This document shows positions 9,916 to 19,741 of a stretch of DNA of 64,000 nucleotides, piece by piece. The first letter of the stretch is position 1. Every line of letters begins with the position of its first letter. The stretch is taken from the NCBI GenBank assembly GCA_963664015.2, contig CAXXLF010000001.1:544001-608000 (forward strand), read 5' to 3'. This stretch comes from Candidatus Binatia bacterium. Its GTDB lineage: Bacteria > Desulfobacterota > Binatia > UBA9968 > CAXXLF01. The notes under the pieces were generated by a model, which was not told where the DNA came from, ran no database searches, and saw only the letters and a list, made by a program, of their open reading frames with translations. Made by a program: the position numbers and the translations under genes.

Positions 9916-11697
9916 TCACCTGGGCTCCGAAATCACATCGACCAAGGCCGGGAGTCGTTTTTCCTTAACGACTTTAAGTGCCCGCTCAAGGGCTGGACGA
10001 AGGTCTTGCGGCCTCTGCACAGGTCCCTCGCTATGAACACCGTAGCCCTCGGCCAACTTGGCATAATTGACAGGTGGATTGTCCACATGAGTGCCAATTC
10101 CGGCGTTCTCCACAGGACGTTTACGTAGTTTTGCCATCTGAACGGCGTGTTCTTCCGAATTGTAAAAGGACTGGTTGTTGTGCATGACGATTAACAGTGG
10201 GATTTTATGATGGGCAGCTGTCCACAGGGCGCTTGTGGTCATGAGAAGGTCCCCGTCGGACTGGATATCTACACAGATCTTACCACTTCCTAGGTGCGCC
10301 AAGGCGACGCCGAGGGAGGCCCCCATACCATACCCGACTCCGGCCCCACCGCTTCTCCCGAGATATTGATAGGGCTTGGTCCAGTCCCAGAGTTTTCGTG
10401 CCCAACCGTTAGCATTCCCGTTGGCCAAGACCCAGTCCTCATCCTTGATAACCTCACCGAGTTCCAGGGCGAGACAGGCCGTAGAGATTTTCTCTTTCTT
10501 GACCGTTGCACGGGCCTCCTCCAACCACCCTGTCCGCAACTGGTCATGGACCTTCTTGGCCCCATTCAACCGAGCCTCAATGGGGGCCCTTTTACTACTA
10601 TCGCTGGCGATCATTTGGCGACAGACCCGGGTCAATTCGGGAACCGTCAATGAAGTGTCCGCACATATGGCCACGTCGACCGGCTGCAGGTGTTGATAAT
10701 CAGTCGACCAACTGTGAACCAGGAGTTCCTTCAACGAAACATCGATAATCTTGACCGAGGGCTTGGTGACGTATTCCCAACGACGTGTGGTCCGGTTGAC
10801 CGTAATCAAGGAACCAAAGAGATCGGCCACATCCAAACCCAGGATAACATCCGCCGTTTTAAGGAGTTGGTCCCCCGATCCTGTCGCGTCCAGCGGGTGT
10901 GTGTTCGGAAAGTTGAACCGGTTTCCCTTATCGATCACGGGAATAGCCAAAAGCTCGGCCAACTCTACCAGTGAGCTCACCGCCCCCGGGTGGCGGCCGA
11001 AAAAATCAGCCAGGATCAGGGGCGATTGGGCTTCCACGAGCAACTTGGCGGCTTGCTGAATCGACTCAGGGTTGGGTGGCATTGGTGCCGGTATAGGATA
11101 GCGACTAACATCCGGAATCTCTATCTGTTCCTTGATCTCACCCTCCTGCAAATCGGCGTCATAGCAAATGTAGACCGGGGCCATCGGCTCCGTGGTGGCC
11201 AGTCGATAGCCACGGATAAAGGATTCGGTGACATCTCCCAGGCTGTGGGGTTGATCGTCCCACTTAACGTAATCACGGACCTGGTTCCCTTGAACCAATG
11301 CCGTGTGTATCCAGTCAATCCACGGCCGACGCTTTGTCGTATCCATGGGACCTGTACCGCCCAGTACGATGACCGGGACCCGATCGCACCACGCGTTAAA
11401 TATGGCCATGGTTGCGTGCTGGAGACCCACGATATTGTGGGCAATGGCAATCATTGGTTTTCCCTTCGCCTTCGCATAACCGTGGGCCAGCGAAACCGAA
11501 ATCTCCTCGTGACAGCAGAAGATCACTTCCGGCCGATGATTATCGCCATAGTTGACGATGGAATCATGAATACCGCGGAAGCTGGCCCCTGGATTGAAGG
11601 CCGCATACTCAATATCAAAAGACTTCATCAAGTCCACGATAACATCGGAACCATACTCTGCCTGTTTCTTTTCGATTCGTCGCTCCGGCTTAGCCAT
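9916..11697 (-). CDS. Thiamine pyrophosphate-binding enzyme (acetolactate synthase/benzoylformate decarboxylase-like)
   Basis: NPGAS, HEEISV..AHGYAK; variant ThDP motif SDGD...HNN. Confidence 0.9.
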   Translation of the reverse strand: MAKPERRIEKKQAEYGSDVIVDLMKSFDIEYAAFNPGASFRGIHDSIVNYGDNHRPEVIFCCHEEISVSLAHGYAKAKGKPMIAIAHNIVGLQHATMAIFNAWCDRVPVIVLGGTGPMDTTKRRPWIDWIHTALVQGNQVRDYVKWDDQPHSLGDVTESFIRGYRLATTEPMAPVYICYDADLQEGEIKEQIEIPDVSRYPIPAPMPPNPESIQQAAKLLVEAQSPLILADFFGRHPGAVSSLVELAELLAIPVIDKGNRFNFPNTHPLDATGSGDQLLKTADVILGLDVADLFGSLITVNRTTRRWEYVTKPSVKIIDVSLKELLVHSWSTDYQHLQPVDVAICADTSLTVPELTRVCRQMIASDSSKRAPIEARLNGAKKVHDQLRTGWLEEARATVKKEKISTACLALELGEVIKDEDWVLANGNANGWARKLWDWTKPYQYLGRSGGAGVGYGMGASLGVALAHLGSGKICVDIQSDGDLLMTTSALWTAAHHKIPLLIVMHNNQSFYNSEEHAVQMAKLRKRPVENAGIGTHVDNPPVNYAKLAEGYGVHSEGPVQRPQDLRPALERALKVVKEKRLPALVDVISEPR

Positions 11698-11802
11698 GGA
11701 TTCTCCCCTTTCTCCAGTCAGACTCGATTGATTTTGCCTATCCGAGCTTCAACAGAACCACCCAACGAAACTCTCACCCTACCCCATACCGCGGTCCCAG
11801 CT

Positions 11803-12846
11803 TTACCAGCCCCCACTAGGAGGAGTGTTGACCCTGTCGATCAATTCCCGCAGCCTACCATAATCATTCCGGTTGAAAGGAATCAAGAGACGGGGGAGAT
11901 GAAGAGTCTCGGAGTCATCGGCCTCCTCCCGCAGGGACACCGTCGACCTAATCCGGCCTTTCGTCAAAATATCTTTGAAATCCAGGTTTAGATTTTCGAT
12001 CAGCTCTTCTGACGGAGGATGAGTTAGGCGCATTACCAGGTTCCGATTAACAAACCGATAGGAGTGGTAATTGCTATAAAATGTACGAAATTCATCAATG
12101 GCCGAATCCAGATCCTCAACGATTTTGTATAGACGCATGTCATGGTCCGAGATATATCCCTGCCGCAATAACCGCTTGCGGATGAACTCCTCCCATTCCC
12201 GCCAGTAGCCTTGGCCAGGAACATCGATGAACAAAATCGGCACGATCTGGCTTTTTCCCGTCTGGGCTAATGTCAGTGCCTCCATGGCCTCATCATGGGT
12301 GCCGAAACCACCGGGGAAAAACACGGCCCCATCGGTCTCTTTTACGAAGATCACCTTGCGAGTAAAGAAAAAGTGGAAGGTCATCAGTTTGCGATCGTTC
12401 TGGATGAACCGATTAGCCTTCTGGGCGAATGGGAGTTGGATATTGACTCCGAAACTATGCTCCCTCCCCGCCCCCTCATGCCCCCCCTGCATAATGCCGG
12501 TGCCCGCACCCGTTATCACCATGTATCCTTTCTCGCCCAGGCGCCGGCCAAGGCCTACGGCCATTTGATAATAGGGGTTGTCCTCCGCAACACGGGTTGA
12601 CCCGTACATGCTCACCTTGCGTACCAGTCGATAGGGAGCAAAGACTTTGAACGCATAGCGCAGCTCCTTGAGTGACCTGCTGAGAATTTTTATATCCCCA
12701 CGGCTAGTCTTGTCTCTATCCAGTTTCAACAAGGTTTGGACGAGCTCCACCATGAGATCCTCATTGGCAGAGCCGGTTTCCTTCTTGAGCCAATCCAGGA
12801 TTTTCTCTTCAAGCGACGATAGCGTGAGAACGTGGCGATTTGCCAT
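11803..12846 (-). CDS. LOG family nucleotide phosphoribohydrolase-like protein, long form
   Basis: ITGAGTGIM, FFFTRK, PGGFGTHDE. Confidence 0.88.
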   Translation of the reverse strand: MANRHVLTLSSLEEKILDWLKKETGSANEDLMVELVQTLLKLDRDKTSRGDIKILSRSLKELRYAFKVFAPYRLVRKVSMYGSTRVAEDNPYYQMAVGLGRRLGEKGYMVITGAGTGIMQGGHEGAGREHSFGVNIQLPFAQKANRFIQNDRKLMTFHFFFTRKVIFVKETDGAVFFPGGFGTHDEAMEALTLAQTGKSQIVPILFIDVPGQGYWREWEEFIRKRLLRQGYISDHDMRLYKIVEDLDSAIDEFRTFYSNYHSYRFVNRNLVMRLTHPPSEELIENLNLDFKDILTKGRIRSTVSLREEADDSETLHLPRLLIPFNRNDYGRLRELIDRVNTPPSGGW

Positions 12847-13337
12847 AACGGTTGCCTCGAATAAAACCTTCACGGCTTTAAAGCCGTAGCAGCTCTCCTT
12901 AAACCTTCACTAGCCTGCCATAGGTAGCCGCCGATTAAAAGGAATTTGGACCGCAGTGGCGGTCAATAAGCAAGGAACAATCTGTGGATTATTTCAATGA
13001 CAGGAGGGATTACGGTTTGACCGATTTATGATTTTCTTAACTTCTTATCGATCAAAAGGTCGGAGAAGATGTGGGCAACAAATCCAAGGATAATACAAGA
13101 AAGTTGGCGACAGACCCAATAGGTTCCCATGGTTCCTCCCAAACGGTACAAAATCAGTGCGATGAGGCGGCTCATATGAGTGTTATCTGTAAATTAAGTT
13201 TCATTATTCTAGACCCGCATAATTGGACCTTCAAAATAAATGAATATCCGATATTAAGAGATCAACCGGTTCATGACGTCAGGCAAACCCAAAGGAAGTC
13301 CGAAACAGAGCCGTGAAGGCTGGACCCCCCGCACCAT

Positions 13338-13514
13338 TCAAAAGGCTAAACCCGCTGCGAAACCAGCAACCATGGAAATTATCCAGAGAATGACCTAAAC
13401 TGTAGTCTGAGAGCGTAGCTCTAGAGAATCGTCAATGACGGACTCCACCATGATCCTCAGCTTCAACATAATTCGGGGATCCATTCGGAACCTGAGTATC
13501 TTTTGCCGATCCAT
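13338..13514 (-). pseudogene. Small putative membrane protein interrupted by an in-frame TAG (39 aa, or 58 aa if read through)
   Basis: GAGG RBS, then MDRQKILRFRMDPRIMLKLRIMVESVIDDSLELRSQTTV*(13395-13397)VILWIISMVAGFAAGLAF*; downstream of a sigma54 promoter. Confidence 0.45.
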
Positions 13515-13583
13515 GCAAAGCCCTCACTAGACGAGTGGAAACACCATTATTCTTCCAATTAAGCCATAACTGCGATGACATAT

Positions 13584-13600
13584 TGCAAGAAAAAGGCCAG
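13584..13600 (-). promoter_or_regulatory. Sigma54 (-24/-12) promoter, leftward
   Basis: Reverse complement CTGGCCTTTTTCTTGCA fits TGG-N10-GC with TTGCA. Confidence 0.6.
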
Positions 13601-13845
13601 ATCGGAAGTATCTGATATTTAAGGGGTTACAATTTTTGAATCGATGAAGAATGACATTATGAGTCATTCTTAGTGGGAATAACTGGAAAGATTTTCACCA
13701 TGTGTAACGAAATGAGACTCGGTTCGGTAGCCGTCTAACGGCTACCCGGGTGATGGTCCATGACGGTACAATGCAGAACAATTTTTGCACGCATACTTGT
13801 CAATAGGGTCGACACAGGATTCTCATTCCTTAGGAGATACAATGA

Positions 13846-13879
13846 TATCAAACACTTACAGATTGGCATTCTCTTTGCA
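13846..13879 (+). promoter_or_regulatory. IHF site plus sigma54 promoter, rightward
   Basis: TATCAAACACTTA (13846-13858) matches WATCAANNNNTTR exactly; TTGGCATTCTCTTTGCA (13863-13879) matches -24/-12. Confidence 0.72.
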
Positions 13880-13905
13880 CACAATTATGAACGCGTTGAA
13901 AGAAG

Positions 13906-14079
13906 ATGAAGCAAATGAAAAAGACGAAAAACAAAAAGCGTGTTAAAAGTAACCCTGAGTGTACCACCTGCGGCTACCCCCACAATCCCCGATTAACTTG
14001 CCTGAAAGCCTGGCTGCGCTCATCTTCAACCTTGAATACATATGACGACGAGAAATTCATTGACAGTACCGCTGCCTAA
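13906..14079 (+). CDS. Small basic protein with putative Zn-binding motif (57 aa; not in the ORF track)
   Basis: MKQMKKTKNKKRVKSNPECTTCGYPHNPRLTCLKAW...; C-x2-C-x3-H-x5-C; just downstream of a sigma54 promoter. Confidence 0.55.
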   Translation: MKQMKKTKNKKRVKSNPECTTCGYPHNPRLTCLKAWLRSSSTLNTYDDEKFIDSTAA

Positions 14080-14275
14080 TAGGGAGCGCCTCGAACCATC
14101 CCACCGAATTCGATCAAACGGCAATGTCCTAGAACACCGCTTTTCTGCGTATTTCTCATTCAAACCCGAATAGGCATTGAACGAGGTTCTCAAAACAACC
14201 CGCCCTTCTCAAATTCGGACAGAATTCCGCCAGGCCAAAAACCCCGGAACACTTTACAATCCCGGGTGTTACGTG

Positions 14276-14291
14276 TTGGCACCGCTATTGC
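14276..14291 (+). promoter_or_regulatory. Sigma54 promoter
   Basis: TTGGCACCGCTATTGC matches TGGCAC-N5-TTGC. Confidence 0.68.
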
Positions 14292-14305
14292 GCAACCCTT
14301 TCGAC

Positions 14306-14545
14306 ATGGAGATTACAGAAATAGACAGGACCGAATCCGACGTCCCGGCGAATTGTCAGAGATGCCAAGCGGACGAGGTAAGTCACCATGTCTCAAGCGA
14401 ACTACTGAACTTGAAGGTCTGCGGAATGTGCGCTCACGCCGCACGGGAACTTGAGACGGTAGCTCAGCTCGCCCCTAGGATGCCGGCAAGGTTTCCAACT
14501 TGGCGACAGGCGAGGCGGAAGGTTGCTACTCTTAGAGCTGCTTAA
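14306..14545 (+). CDS. Small CxxC...CxxC putative zinc-finger protein (79 aa)
   Basis: MEITEID...CQRC-x18-CGMC...; ATG 15 nt after the sigma54 -12 element. Confidence 0.6.
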   Translation: MEITEIDRTESDVPANCQRCQADEVSHHVSSELLNLKVCGMCAHAARELETVAQLAPRMPARFPTWRQARRKVATLRAA

Positions 14546-14550
14546 GGCAG

Positions 14551-15546
14551 CTATAGAGTGAACTTTGAGAACACCTTTTCGGCGTTCTTTTGAAAGACCT
14601 TGTCCTTATCGTCTTGAGTGAGAACCGGTAGGCCTTCGATCAGCGGCCTAATGTCGTCGTACCACTTGCCCGTGCGGGGATTCATTTTGGCCCCTGCGCC
14701 TGGCCGTTCCGTACCAAACAAGCAGCGGTCGGCTCCAACGATCCTGAAAAGCAGATCTAACGATTCCGTGTTGTAGAGCGCGGTGTCGAAATAGAGTTTT
14801 TTGAGTTGCTCGTCGAAGGTCTCCGTGTTATTGGGCCCCCGCAGCTGCGACCGCCAGCGTCCTACCTGATAGGGAACCGATCCCCCTCCGTGACAAATGA
14901 TCAGCTTCAGTTTCGGGAAGTCCTCGAATACCTTGGAATGGGCAAGTGACAGAATCGCGATGCTCTCCTCGGTAATGAAATGGCCGTGGAAAGATTCCCT
15001 GGGATTTCTGCAGCTGGCGGGATGAACGAGGCCCGGCACATCCATTTGAACCATCTTCTCGTACAGAGGGTACCAGTATTCCTCACCCATAGCTGGAGTC
15101 AGTCCATCCCCCTCGCCGGGATCCGGGTTAATCATCACACCTACCATCCCCAATTCCTTGATACAGCGATCGAACTCATCCAGGGTGTTGCTCGGGCTTA
15201 CGCCGGCACACTGGGGGAGCCCCCCGATGCCACGAAAATAGTCGGGCTCGTTCTTACAAGCAAAGGCAATAGCGTTATTGGTGGCTTCGCAGAACCAGTG
15301 AACAATTTTTTCCGGCTTTTCCGAATGCATCATGGAGTAGGGGCGGGGAGAGATGAAGGCCTTTTCCGTACCCACCTCTTTCAACACATCTGAATGCTTA
15401 TGCCCCTGCCAGCGTGCTCGGTCGATGGACTCGGCGGTGATACCCGAGTTCCCTTTACCGTGAAAACCACGGCTATTGAGCAATCCTGCCTGATAAACAC
15501 CAAGCTCCCTGCCTGGAACAACGTGGTTATGGATATCGATAATCAT
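14551..15546 (-). CDS. Amidohydrolase_2 family protein, LigJ (4-oxalomesaconate hydratase)-like
   Basis: MIIDIHNH, INPDP, YWYPLYEKMV, HGGG, LFGTERPG. Confidence 0.82.
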   Translation of the reverse strand: MIIDIHNHVVPGRELGVYQAGLLNSRGFHGKGNSGITAESIDRARWQGHKHSDVLKEVGTEKAFISPRPYSMMHSEKPEKIVHWFCEATNNAIAFACKNEPDYFRGIGGLPQCAGVSPSNTLDEFDRCIKELGMVGVMINPDPGEGDGLTPAMGEEYWYPLYEKMVQMDVPGLVHPASCRNPRESFHGHFITEESIAILSLAHSKVFEDFPKLKLIICHGGGSVPYQVGRWRSQLRGPNNTETFDEQLKKLYFDTALYNTESLDLLFRIVGADRCLFGTERPGAGAKMNPRTGKWYDDIRPLIEGLPVLTQDDKDKVFQKNAEKVFSKFTL

Positions 15547-15660
15547 GGGAATCTCCTCTCGAGTCTTTCTAATTTAGCTGATAGCTGGAACATCTAGTAA
15601 TAAAGTCGGTGATTCATGTCAAGCCCCAGACCCGTAATGTGCCCAATGCCTAGGATCCCT

Positions 15661-17217
15661 TCACGCCGCACTATGTTCCTTTCCCATACGCAACAGCATG
15701 ACATTGACGATCAAGACTCCATAGATCCCTGCGATCAGAATAAAGAGATCATGATAGGCCTGGGTCATTGCTTCGTTGAGCAAGGTGTGACCCAGCAAGG
15801 AAAGCGCCTTATTTTGCAAAGTCATACCGAATTCACCCGCTTGCACCAGCAGGTCACGCATCTCGGATAAAATGGTAAGGCGTTCGGGTTCCGAAAATCG
15901 CGAACTTTGAAGCGGGTTCAACGATCTCAAATTAAAGAAAGAGTAGCGTTCTAGCAGGAGACTCAAGGTCGTGATACCAAAAGACTCTCCCAAGCCGCGG
16001 GTCATGCCGATAATCCCACTGGCCATCCGCACATTTCCATCGGGCAATGAGCCGAGAGCGACAGCGTTGAGAGGCGCATTCAGGCTCGACTGTCCAACAC
16101 TCTTCAGCCCTACGAGAAAAAGGATAAAGGCGGCACTGCTCCAAAGGGTTAATGTGGAAAACCCGTAAAGCGAGGCAATCAAGATCACGAGTCCTCCAAT
16201 CAAAGGGATGCGTGGGCCTAAACGGTCGGACACAATCCCCACCAAAGGAGAGCAGATCCCAGTCATCACAGCACCCGGGAGGAGAAAAATCCCCGCCTGC
16301 AGTGGAGTGTAATGAAGCGCCCTTTGTAGAAACAGGGCGAATAGGAAATTGGAGCCGCGAAATCCGAAAACCCTAAAAAACATGATGATGTTTGAGAGGG
16401 TGAAATTGACGCTGCGGAAGTGCCGTAGTTCTACGTACGGATGCGTCGCTCTTAGCTCGACCACTACAAAGAGAAACAACAGAATAATCGACGCAACAAA
16501 AAACGACATGACCGGCCGACTACCCCATCCCCATTCCCGGACTTGACTCAAGGTTAAAAGGAGCAAGACGGTGCCCCCCGTCAGGGTTGCAAAACCGGGC
16601 AAATCGAAGGGTTTGGCCCCCTTGCCACGGGATTTCGGTAGCAGAACAGTGACCGCCGCAATGCTCAGCAAACCCACCGGGATATTGATATAAAAGATCG
16701 CCCGCCAATGCACGTACTGAACCAGGTAGCCACCCAAAAGAGGCCCGAAGAACGGACCGATGGACCAACCGGTCATGAGCAGCCCCATGGCCAGGCCACG
16801 CTCGTTCCTCGGAAAAGCCTCGAACATGATCGACATGGCCACGGCGACCAACGGACCGGCACCAATGGCTTGAATGATTCTAAAAAGGATTAGGGAAGTC
16901 GCATCCCAGGCAATAGAACAGAGAAGGGACCCTGCCGTAAAAGCTGCCATACTCGCGATAAAAACATTTCGGTCCCCTATACGCCCCCCCAACCAACCCA
17001 CAGACGGCATGAGCACGGTTTTCGTAATCATAGGCCCCGTCAGAACCCACTGTATCTTATCCAAGGACACTGCCAACGAAACCATGATGCTTGGGATGGC
17101 AATGCTCACAGCCGTAATGCTGAGGGCCACGGAGAGCATTCCCAGGGACATGGCCAGGGCAATCCACCACTTGAGAAATGGACGCACTGTGGGAGAGGAT
17201 GCCCCCAAAGAATCCAT
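15661..17217 (-). CDS. DHA2/EmrB-family MFS efflux permease
   Basis: Multi-TM protein; GP..GPLLGGYL...WRAIFYINIPVG. Confidence 0.9.
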   Translation of the reverse strand: MDSLGASSPTVRPFLKWWIALAMSLGMLSVALSITAVSIAIPSIMVSLAVSLDKIQWVLTGPMITKTVLMPSVGWLGGRIGDRNVFIASMAAFTAGSLLCSIAWDATSLILFRIIQAIGAGPLVAVAMSIMFEAFPRNERGLAMGLLMTGWSIGPFFGPLLGGYLVQYVHWRAIFYINIPVGLLSIAAVTVLLPKSRGKGAKPFDLPGFATLTGGTVLLLLTLSQVREWGWGSRPVMSFFVASIILLFLFVVVELRATHPYVELRHFRSVNFTLSNIIMFFRVFGFRGSNFLFALFLQRALHYTPLQAGIFLLPGAVMTGICSPLVGIVSDRLGPRIPLIGGLVILIASLYGFSTLTLWSSAAFILFLVGLKSVGQSSLNAPLNAVALGSLPDGNVRMASGIIGMTRGLGESFGITTLSLLLERYSFFNLRSLNPLQSSRFSEPERLTILSEMRDLLVQAGEFGMTLQNKALSLLGHTLLNEAMTQAYHDLFILIAGIYGVLIVNVMLLRMGKEHSAA

Positions 17218-18300
17218 CTATTTGGAACCCTTATTGATCCAGACAACCGCCAACATGCCGACCTTGAGCAGGCCGTCCCCGTTTTCCACGACTACCTTGA
17301 CTGGAATACGTTGTGTCGATTTTATGAACACACCCGTAAGCTTCTGAGGCGAGAAAAGGGAGAATTCGGAAACTGTGGCACCTCCAATTTCCGTGACCTT
17401 GCCAATAAAGTCGCGGTCCGGATAGGAATCAACCTTGACTTCGGCCTTGCTTCCCGGCTTCACGAAGCGGATTTCGGTCTCGTCCACATTGGCCTCAACC
17501 CAGTAACGGGTTGAGTCCACAACCATGAAGATCGGTTGCCCCTGTTGAACGAACTCGCCCTCATGGGAATGCTTCTTCACCACTACACCACCCACCACGC
17601 TGCGAATAGTCATGTGCTGAAGCTTGCGCTCCAAATTCGCCAGGCTCGCCTGGGCCTCACGTACCTCCGCCTCCCGGGCCTGGAGGTCGGCATCCTTGAT
17701 GGTCACCTCCCGCCCTTTGATCCGGACCAATTCCAGCGTCGCTTCCCCCTCACGGATAGTCTCCTCGAACGCGGAAAGTTTCGCTTCGGCTTGACGCATC
17801 TCCGTTTTGGCATGTCCCAGCGTCTGCGCTGCGATGAGCTTTCTTTTGAAAAGCTCCTGCGCCCGTCGAAAGTCCTCCCGGGCTAGCTCCGAATGAACAC
17901 GCGCATCCTCATGATTGTGACGGTAACGGCGGAGCGCCGCTTGCGCATGCACAGCCTCACCCTTCTGCGTTTCCTTATGGAACTGGATCTGCCGGCGCGC
18001 CTGGAGCAATCGACTGCGCGCGCCGTCCATCGCCGCTCGAGAATGCTGGATCTGGATCAAGATCTCCCCGCTGTCGAGTAAGACCATCACCTCGCCCGGC
18101 CTGACCGTATCCCCTTCTTCTTTGGAAAGGGATTTGATTCGGCCGGAGACCTCTGCGCTAATGGTTACGATCTCAGCCTTAATCCGGGCATCATCGGTGG
18201 ACACATATCCCAAGCTCCGCCACCACCAGGTAGCGAGCAAACCCATGGCAGCGACCATAACCACGGTAAAGACCAGGACCGTCCATTTTCGATAGTTCAT
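17218..18300 (-). CDS. EmrA/HlyD-family membrane fusion protein
   Basis: N-terminal TM, VSTDDARI, coiled coil, FIKSTQRIPVKV. Confidence 0.9.
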   Translation of the reverse strand: MNYRKWTVLVFTVVMVAAMGLLATWWWRSLGYVSTDDARIKAEIVTISAEVSGRIKSLSKEEGDTVRPGEVMVLLDSGEILIQIQHSRAAMDGARSRLLQARRQIQFHKETQKGEAVHAQAALRRYRHNHEDARVHSELAREDFRRAQELFKRKLIAAQTLGHAKTEMRQAEAKLSAFEETIREGEATLELVRIKGREVTIKDADLQAREAEVREAQASLANLERKLQHMTIRSVVGGVVVKKHSHEGEFVQQGQPIFMVVDSTRYWVEANVDETEIRFVKPGSKAEVKVDSYPDRDFIGKVTEIGGATVSEFSLFSPQKLTGVFIKSTQRIPVKVVVENGDGLLKVGMLAVVWINKGSK

Positions 18301-18511
18301 AGGCAATTTTTCACACCTTGATCACCTATCTCATAATTTCAAGAGTTCCCCATGGAACAAAATACCACTCATCTCTATTCGAAACGGAGAGTTCAAATCA
18401 ACATTGGGGATTTGGTAACCCAAACCCCTGGATTGACAGAACGTACCATGATTGGATAGTCTCCACCCAGCCTAACAAATGTCCGACCATCGAAAGTGAT
18501 GTGAGGTTTTC

Positions 18512-19465
18512 ATGGCTGAGAAAATGAGCATTAAGTTCCGGGAAATGATGCAAAGGCAAGAGCTTCTGGTTATCCCCGGTGGGTACAGTCCCTTGCATGC
18601 CAAGATGGCGCAGGGCATCGGATTCGAGGCGTTTTTCATGGCTGGCTCTCAGACCGCCGCCTTTATCCACGGCCTACCCGACGTAGGGATCATCACCATG
18701 AAGGACATGGTAGAAAATGCCCATCGCCTGGCGGCATCCTGCAGCATTCCGATCTTCGCCGATTCAGATACCGGTTATGGTAACGCGGTCAACGTCTATT
18801 ACACGGTTCAAGAGTTCATCCGCTCCGGTGTAGCGGCCATTCATATCGAAGACCAGGAGTCGCCAAAAAAATCCGGCACTTCCGCGGGCCGCAGTTGTAT
18901 ATCGACGGAAGAGGCCGTGGGGAAATACCGGGCGGCGGTCGCCGCCAGAGACGCCCTGGACCGCGACTTTGTGATCATCGCCCGCTGCGACCTGATCGGC
19001 ACCGTAGGGGGCACCTTTGAGGAGACCGTCAAGCGTTGCATCACCTACGTCGAGCAGGCAAAGGTCGACGCTATTTGGGTCAATACCCTAAGAACCAGAG
19101 AAGAAATCAAAGAGGCCTGCAAGCGGATCCCCGCCCCGGTCTTTGCCCCTTATTACGGACCATCCCCCTCGCCAACCCATAGTGAGTATGAGGAATACGG
19201 TGCAGCCGGAGTCCTCTACCCGAGCCTCACAACGGCCATCGGGCTGCAAGCTACGTGGGATTTCTTGCACGATTTTAAGGAGAAAGGCCCCTCGGCGCTC
19301 GAGGAATGGAATGCCCGCGGCACCGCCAGCCACTGGGGTGTGGTTCCGAGGCATAGTCCCCCTCTCCTGGATAGCGACCAGATCAAGGACATAGAAAAGA
19401 AGTATTTGACCCAGGAGAAGCAACCGGACTACGATCGCACATTCGGTCACAAGACACACACGTAA
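18512..19465 (+). CDS. Isocitrate lyase/PEP mutase superfamily enzyme
   Basis: GLPDVG, ADSDTGYGN, HIEDQ, IIARCD. Confidence 0.9.
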   Translation: MAEKMSIKFREMMQRQELLVIPGGYSPLHAKMAQGIGFEAFFMAGSQTAAFIHGLPDVGIITMKDMVENAHRLAASCSIPIFADSDTGYGNAVNVYYTVQEFIRSGVAAIHIEDQESPKKSGTSAGRSCISTEEAVGKYRAAVAARDALDRDFVIIARCDLIGTVGGTFEETVKRCITYVEQAKVDAIWVNTLRTREEIKEACKRIPAPVFAPYYGPSPSPTHSEYEEYGAAGVLYPSLTTAIGLQATWDFLHDFKEKGPSALEEWNARGTASHWGVVPRHSPPLLDSDQIKDIEKKYLTQEKQPDYDRTFGHKTHT

Positions 19466-19518
19466 AGAAAAATGAGGGGAAGGCACTCGAGCCCAGTTTC
19501 TCCTCGGGGGCGATTCCT

Positions 19519-19547
19519 CGGTTCGGCTGAGCTCACCGTCGAAGCCC
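19519..19547. repeat. REP-like palindromic element
   Basis: GGTTCGGCTGAGCTCACCGTCGAAGCC is an imperfect hairpin sharing the GTCGAAG core with the repeat inside queG. Confidence 0.5.
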
Positions 19548-19741
19548 GGCCTCGCCCCCTCGGAGCGGCGCGAGCAGGCAATGGCGGCCGGCCACCGAAA
19601 CAATGATGCTGAGTGCTAAGCGTAAGTTTACAGAATACCCGTTATTCGATATTTTTGGCGAGATATTTTTCACCTATTTCATCGTTCATTTATACGTACG
19701 CTATTTAATTTTTGGCAAACTCAAATCACGGAGGTGATACC

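Noticed and set aside
10990-11991. 333-aa plus-strand ORF and many similar long antisense ORFs
   Set aside because: Shadows of well-supported opposite-strand genes, with no motifs of their own
13071-13316. 81-aa plus-strand ORF
   Set aside because: No recognisable motif; cannot be supported from sequence alone
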